Origin: a virus | Taxonomy: Duplodnaviria > Caudoviricetes | IMG/VR virus record: IMGVR_UViG_3300020043_002006 | Coordinates: 1 to 30,708 of that record | Direction: 5' to 3' (one strand) | Length of the DNA stretch: 30,708 nucleotides | Shown: positions 26,369 through 30,708 of the stretch, piece by piece | Position numbering within the stretch: the stretch's first letter is position 1 | How the letters are laid out: each line of letters begins with the position of its first letter | The notes under the pieces: generated by a model | What the model was told of the DNA's origin: nothing | Database searches by the model: none | Seen by the model: the letters and a program-made list of their open reading frames with translations, nothing else | Translations under genes and position numbers: made by a program

Positions 26369-26881
26369 ATGGCTTACGCATTATTAATAAGTACAGATGA
26401 TGTAAAGAAATTCACTATTCTAAATGGAAATTTGGATGTAGATGATTTCATTCAATATATAAAAATAGCACAAGATATAACTATTCAAAACTATTTAGGA
26501 ACTGAATTATATAACAAGTTTCAAACCTTGATTATAAGTGGTGATATTAGTTTAAGTGGTAACGTTAAATACAAGAACCTGTTAACTGAATACATTAAAC
26601 CTATGTTAGTGCATTTTGCTATGGTTCAATATTTACCATTTGCTGCATATACAATAGCTAATAAAGGTGTATTTAAACACACAAGTGAAAACGCTACAAG
26701 TGTTGAAAAAAATGAAATTGATTTCTTAGTAGAAAAAGAACGTGATATTGCACAACACTATACTCAACGTTTTATTGATTATATGTGTTTTAACAATGCT
26801 GATTTTCCTGAATATAATAATAATTCAAATGGGGATATGTACCCTGATACAGATAATTTTTATGGGTCTTGGGTGTTGTAG
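26369..26881 (+). CDS. Probable head-tail adaptor
   Basis: 170 aa helical after portal; IKIAQD..IQNYLGT.LY. Confidence 0.6.
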   Translation: MAYALLISTDDVKKFTILNGNLDVDDFIQYIKIAQDITIQNYLGTELYNKFQTLIISGDISLSGNVKYKNLLTEYIKPMLVHFAMVQYLPFAAYTIANKGVFKHTSENATSVEKNEIDFLVEKERDIAQHYTQRFIDYMCFNNADFPEYNNNSNGDMYPDTDNFYGSWVL

Positions 26882-26964
26882 CAAAAAGCAAAGAAAAAAA
26901 GTAGGCAAATACGAAAAGCCGAAACAAGAAAACAAAAAGAAGTTAGAAACATATTTAAGTAAAA

Positions 26965-27195
26965 ATGGCAAATAACATAAATTGGGGACAGGGTGCAAAC
27001 AATGACATTTATTGGGGTCAAGGTGCAGTAACTAATACTATTGGTTGGGGTTCTGTTTACTCTGTAAGTTGGAGTGGTGAAACTGAATTATTAGGTGATG
27101 AAGGAAAAGATGCAATAGATTTTAGAACACGTGTACTTGCTGATGAAGGTGTTTTTGAAGCATTTAATTGTTTAACAAACGAAATTAATTTTTAA
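26965..27195 (+). CDS. Small structural protein with WG repeats
   Basis: NWGQG, YWGQG, GWGS repeats; C-terminal DFRTRVLAD motif. Confidence 0.7.
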   Translation: MANNINWGQGANNDIYWGQGAVTNTIGWGSVYSVSWSGETELLGDEGKDAIDFRTRVLADEGVFEAFNCLTNEINF

Positions 27196-27198
27196 TAT

Positions 27199-28434
27199 AT
27201 GAGTTTATTTGATTCGGCAAGTTTGGTTGTCACGCCTAATGGTACAAAGGCATCTAAATTATACGCTATAAAACCAACTGATGGAAGTGGTGATTTAAGT
27301 GTAACAAGAGCAACAACAGCAACAAGAGTTAATTCAAGTGGATTGGTTGAAAGTGTAGCTACTAATGTACCAAGATTAGACTATACCAATGGAACGTGTC
27401 CGAGTATATTAGTAGAGCCACAGAGAACAAATAGCCAAAGATATTCAGAAGATTTATCTAATGGCTCGTATTATGCAACAGGTAACGCATCAATATCTAC
27501 AAATCAAACTACTGCTCCTGATGGTAATACTACTGCAGATAAGTTAATAGAAAGCAATACAAACGCAAGACACGAACTATACACAGGCTCACTAACTTAT
27601 AGTGGTACAACTTCAATTTCATTTTTTGCTAAGGTAGCAGGTAGAAGATATTTAGCTTGTTTCTTAGGTGGCGACCCATCAAAAGGAGGTGCTATATTTG
27701 ATTTGCAAGGTGGAGTAGTTTCTTTAACAAGTGGAGGCACAACTGCTAATATTCAAAACTTTGGTAACGGTTGGTATCGCTGTAGTTTTACTTCAATTTT
27801 AACGGGTAGTAGTTCATTATATACTTGTTTGAGAACAAATGCAAGTACTGTAGATGTTCAAACTTATTTAGGAGATGGTACTTCAGGTGTATATATTTGG
27901 GGTATGCAACAAGAGTTAACTTCAAGTTATCCTACTTCATATATTCCTACGGTAGCAAGTTCAGTTACTCGTAATGCTGATGTTATTTCTAAAACAGGAA
28001 TAAGTAGTTTAATTGGTCAAACTGAGGGGACTATGTTTTTGGATGTTAATGTAACAAAAGATGGCTCAGGATATTATCCTTTAGGAAATCTAATAGGTGC
28101 AACTTCAAGTATCTACATAGGTATAAATACTTTCATTACAACAGGTAATATTTATGCTGAGATAAGAAACACAACACAACAAGCGTTAATTAGTTCAAGT
28201 ATAAACAGTGGTAGATGTAAAATAGCTTTAGCATATAAGGCTAACGATATTGCTTTATATATTAATGGTAATTTAATAGGTACTGATACGAGTGCTACAA
28301 TTCCTGCTACTTCTGCTTTTAGTTTTGAATACGATGTTAGTATAGGTAATAGAAACACTAAAAATATTAACGATGTTGTACTTTGGAAAACAAGATTAAC
28401 TAATGCTGAGTTAGCAACCATCACAAGTTTATAA
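27199..28434 (+). CDS. Tail fibre/receptor-binding protein with lectin-like beta-sandwich domains
   Basis: TRATTATRVN, PRLDY, LVEPQRTN, GNGWYRC, PTSYIPT, RNAD, LYING (LamG/ConA-like). Confidence 0.65.
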   Translation: MSLFDSASLVVTPNGTKASKLYAIKPTDGSGDLSVTRATTATRVNSSGLVESVATNVPRLDYTNGTCPSILVEPQRTNSQRYSEDLSNGSYYATGNASISTNQTTAPDGNTTADKLIESNTNARHELYTGSLTYSGTTSISFFAKVAGRRYLACFLGGDPSKGGAIFDLQGGVVSLTSGGTTANIQNFGNGWYRCSFTSILTGSSSLYTCLRTNASTVDVQTYLGDGTSGVYIWGMQQELTSSYPTSYIPTVASSVTRNADVISKTGISSLIGQTEGTMFLDVNVTKDGSGYYPLGNLIGATSSIYIGINTFITTGNIYAEIRNTTQQALISSSINSGRCKIALAYKANDIALYINGNLIGTDTSATIPATSAFSFEYDVSIGNRNTKNINDVVLWKTRLTNAELATITSL

Positions 28435-29132
28435 TGGCCGCAGTTTACTTACATAGAAAAGAGTATGATAATTCTATTTATTACGTAGGTATAGGTAATA
28501 GCGAAAAAAGAGCAAGGGAAATTAGAGGTAGAAGTGAATATTGGACAAGAGTATTTAATAAATATGGTAGAAATATAGATATTGTTGCTAATAATATACC
28601 TTTAGAAGATGCAAAAGAATTGGAAATATTTTTAATACAACAAATAGGTATTGATAATTTATGTAATCATACTTTAGGCGGAGAAGGTTTTTTTGGTGGA
28701 AAACATACAGAAGAAACTAAAAGAAAAATAAGCGCCAAATCAAAAGGTAGAATCACAACGAAAGAAACCAAAGCCAAGATAGGTAAAAAGTTAAAAGGTC
28801 ATCAAAATTACAATTTAAGTCATACAGATGAATCTAAAGCTAAAATATCAGCAGCTTTTAAAGGAAAGAAAAGAAGTGAGTATTTTTGCAAACAAGTTAA
28901 AAAATCAAAAATAGGATATTGCCCAAGTAGACAAGCCATAGAAAACGGAGTAAAAAAAAGAAAAGAAAATGCATCTTTAATAATTGAATTGAATAGCGGT
29001 TTTATAGGTAAAATTTGGGAAATAGAAAACAAATTTAATATTGACAGAAAAGCTGTTTATTATAATTGTAAAAAAGAAAAAGCCATTTTAACAAGAGAAT
29101 GGAAAGGGTTGAATTTTAAAAAATATAAATAA
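28434..29132 (+). CDS. Free-standing GIY-YIG homing endonuclease with NUMOD3 repeats
   Basis: VYLH..IYYVGIG..R, E..LI, LCN.T.GGEG, then HTEETKRKIS, TKETKAKIG, HTDESKAKIS. Confidence 0.8.
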   Translation: MAAVYLHRKEYDNSIYYVGIGNSEKRAREIRGRSEYWTRVFNKYGRNIDIVANNIPLEDAKELEIFLIQQIGIDNLCNHTLGGEGFFGGKHTEETKRKISAKSKGRITTKETKAKIGKKLKGHQNYNLSHTDESKAKISAAFKGKKRSEYFCKQVKKSKIGYCPSRQAIENGVKKRKENASLIIELNSGFIGKIWEIENKFNIDRKAVYYNCKKEKAILTREWKGLNFKKYK

Positions 29133-29138
29133 AACACA

Positions 29139-29492
29139 ATGAATATAGCAAAATTACAATACAAAGATAAAGAAACTGCAATAGCTGATTTAATCGCTAA
29201 AGGAGTTTACAAAGAGGTAAAAGATTTAAACGATAATATTACTTTAGCTTATGGCGATGGTATTCAGGCTGTAGTTGAAATAGGTTTAATCGTTTTACAA
29301 AACGGAATTTACAACGAAAACTTTGAAGAAATAACTGCACCTGTTTACGCTGATGGCTATCACTTTGATGTTATGAGTGAAAACAAAATTAACTTTGGTA
29401 AAAACGAAATTGAAGTTAACAATCCTAAGCACACATTTGCAGGATATGATAAAGTAGAAGTATTAGAACCTTTTACTTTAGGTAATGAGTAG
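29139..29492 (+). CDS. Hypothetical protein, probably fibre-associated
   Basis: 117 aa; DGYHFDVM, NPKHTFAG. Confidence 0.6.
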   Translation: MNIAKLQYKDKETAIADLIAKGVYKEVKDLNDNITLAYGDGIQAVVEIGLIVLQNGIYNENFEEITAPVYADGYHFDVMSENKINFGKNEIEVNNPKHTFAGYDKVEVLEPFTLGNE

Positions 29493-29685
29493 AAAAGAAA
29501 AAATAGACTTGTTCCTATCTAAATGGGTATCAAGAAAATTAACAGTTTTTGTTGTAGCTTCTGCAGGTTTATTCTCAGGAGTTATAACATCAACTGATTG
29601 GGTTATTATAGGAACTTCTTACATAACTATTGAAGGAGTAACTAATATTGTTGAACGTTTAATGAAAGCTAAAAATGTCGCTTAA
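29485..29685 (+). CDS. Putative holin
   Basis: 66 aa, SRKL followed by two hydrophobic segments; upstream of endolysin. Confidence 0.55.
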   Translation: MSRKEKIDLFLSKWVSRKLTVFVVASAGLFSGVITSTDWVIIGTSYITIEGVTNIVERLMKAKNVA

Positions 29686-29842
29686 CGATTTGAAATTATA
29701 CGCATTAAATTCTGCTGCTATGGCAATTAGCTTTTCTAATGTAGAAGCTACTTTAAAGATATTCCTTTTGTGCATATCTATTGTGTATACTATTATGAAA
29801 ATTATTGAATTAGCAAAAAAGAAAAATGATGAGAGAGATTAA
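29675..29842 (+). CDS. Second small membrane protein (holin/antiholin candidate; 55 aa, not in ORF track)
   Basis: MSLNDLKLY..LKIFLLCISIVYTIMKII.. with charged tail; overlaps both neighbours. Confidence 0.6.
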   Translation: MSLNDLKLYALNSAAMAISFSNVEATLKIFLLCISIVYTIMKIIELAKKKNDERD

Positions 29843-30239
29843 ATACATAGTAATTCACTGCACAGCTTCTAAACCAAACACAACTAAAGAAGCTATTTTA
29901 AATTATTGGAAAAATACTTTAAAGTGGAAAACTGTAGGTTATCATCGTTTAATTGATGCAAATGGTATTATTCACGAACTTGCAAAATACGAACAAATAA
30001 CCAATGGTGTTAAAGGTTATAATTCTGAATCAATACATTTTAGCTACATTGGTGGAATAGATGAATCAGGTAGACCAAAAGATACACGTACAATTAAACA
30101 AAAAGAAAGTTTATTGTATTTAATTAAACAAGCTAAAAAGCAATTCCCTAACGCTATTGTTCAAGGTCACAAAGATTTTAAAGGTGTAGTTAAAGCGTGT
30201 CCATCATTTGATGCTAAAAGCGAATATAAAGCTATTTAA
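29826..30239 (+). CDS. Endolysin, N-acetylmuramoyl-L-alanine amidase (T7 lysozyme-like)
   Basis: IVIHCTA, GYH, GYNS.SI..SYIGG, GHKD, KACPSFD. Confidence 0.92.
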   Translation: MMREIKYIVIHCTASKPNTTKEAILNYWKNTLKWKTVGYHRLIDANGIIHELAKYEQITNGVKGYNSESIHFSYIGGIDESGRPKDTRTIKQKESLLYLIKQAKKQFPNAIVQGHKDFKGVVKACPSFDAKSEYKAI

Positions 30240-30250
30240 AGCACTTTAAT

Positions 30251-30700
30251 ATGAAAATAGTATATTTACTTGTTTTATTACTTTTAATGTCTTGTGGCTC
30301 ACGTAAAGTAGCTATAAACAAACAAGAAAAGCAAATTGAAGTTACTGAAGTTACAAATACTACTGAAGTTGATAGTTCAAATGTTGAAGTTAAATTTAAT
30401 TATGAATTAGAAACTTTTACTATTGAAGCAAAAGATAATTTAAAACCATTTGTGTATAATGGTAAAACGTATTTAAACGTTGTTTTAAAACACGAAAAGA
30501 AAAAAGATAATAGTTTATATAAAAAAGATATTAGAATTGTTAAAACACAAGCTAAACAATCAAATATAAAATTTAAAGAAGTAATTAAAGATAAAAAAAT
30601 ACAAAGAGATAATTATAATATTAAATATTTTATATTATTATTTATTTTATTATTATTAATTATATATTATATTTTAAAAAAGTATTTAAGAGTTATTTAA
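30251..30700 (+). CDS. Lipoprotein with C-terminal TM helix (unimolecular spanin candidate)
   Basis: Lipobox LLMS-C; C-terminal YFILLFILLLLIIYYIL followed by basic residues; follows endolysin. Confidence 0.65.
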   Translation: MKIVYLLVLLLLMSCGSRKVAINKQEKQIEVTEVTNTTEVDSSNVEVKFNYELETFTIEAKDNLKPFVYNGKTYLNVVLKHEKKKDNSLYKKDIRIVKTQAKQSNIKFKEVIKDKKIQRDNYNIKYFILLFILLLLIIYYILKKYLRVI

Positions 30701-30708
30701 ATACAAAA
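30588..30708. repeat. Terminal direct repeat, copy 2
   Basis: Identical to 1-121. Confidence 0.95.

Noticed and set aside
26742-26975. 77-aa ORF overlapping the adaptor gene
   Set aside because: Mostly overlaps 26369..26881; only a short Lys-rich tail is free. A tiny gene there cannot be excluded but is unsupported
1823-29032. All minus-strand ORFs in the track (e.g. 1823-2161, 2666-3001, 20075-20350, 22129-22608)
   Set aside because: They lie antisense to well-supported + strand genes and have shadow-like composition with no motifs
28434-29132. Group I intron hosting the endonuclease
   Set aside because: Flanking genes abut the ORF directly, leaving no space for intron core sequence
30588-30708. 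121-bp terminal repeat as a biological DTR or att site
   Set aside because: It starts inside a coding sequence and is an exact end-to-end overlap, typical of circular assembly; the PBSX-like terminase suggests headful packaging and no integrase is present
1-30708. CRISPR array, tRNA, diversity-generating retroelement, lysogeny module, alternative genetic code
   Set aside because: No repeat-spacer array, cloverleaf, reverse transcriptase, integrase or repressor seen; genes tile densely under the standard code with TAA, TAG and TGA all acting as stops
1-30708. Vsr/very-short-patch repair as the cause of CTAG loss
   Set aside because: That process depletes CTAG while favouring CCAG, but CCAG/CTGG is also absent here and no vsr gene is seen

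Overview
The window looks like a complete, circular, AT-rich (~30% GC) tailed phage genome of about 30,587 bp; bases 1-121 repeat exactly at 30588-30708. All credible genes are on the + strand. The likely host is Bacteroidota (Flavobacterium-like), inferred from TAnnTTTG -7 promoters and A-rich leaders without Shine-Dalgarno sites. The early/replication half carries NinG-like nuclease, ERF recombinase, SSB, AAA+ helicase-like ATPase, C5 cytosine methyltransferase, sigma factor, DUF3310, PD-(D/E)xK exonuclease and a DnaA-domain-IV-like HTH protein. The late half carries terminase, tail genes, tape measure, XkdF-like protease, scaffold, capsid, tail tube, portal, adaptor, fibre, a GIY-YIG/NUMOD3 endonuclease and lysis genes. 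I saw no integrase, repressor, DNA polymerase, tRNA or CRISPR array. Main points of interest: (1) a small ORF + TET/JBP dioxygenase + TET-associated glycosyltransferase cassette near the C5-MTase, suggesting post-replicative DNA hypermodification; (2) an MjaI-like restriction-fold nuclease in a genome that by eye lacks CTAG, CCAG/CTGG, GATC and CATG; (3) a U9 -1 frameshift site with a stimulatory hairpin; (4) a five-copy candidate late promoter; (5) TGTTAA 11-bp direct repeats at early promoters; (6) a pseudoknot-capable intergenic element. Family calls come from motif recognition and motif counts were done by eye; neither was checked by computation or database search.
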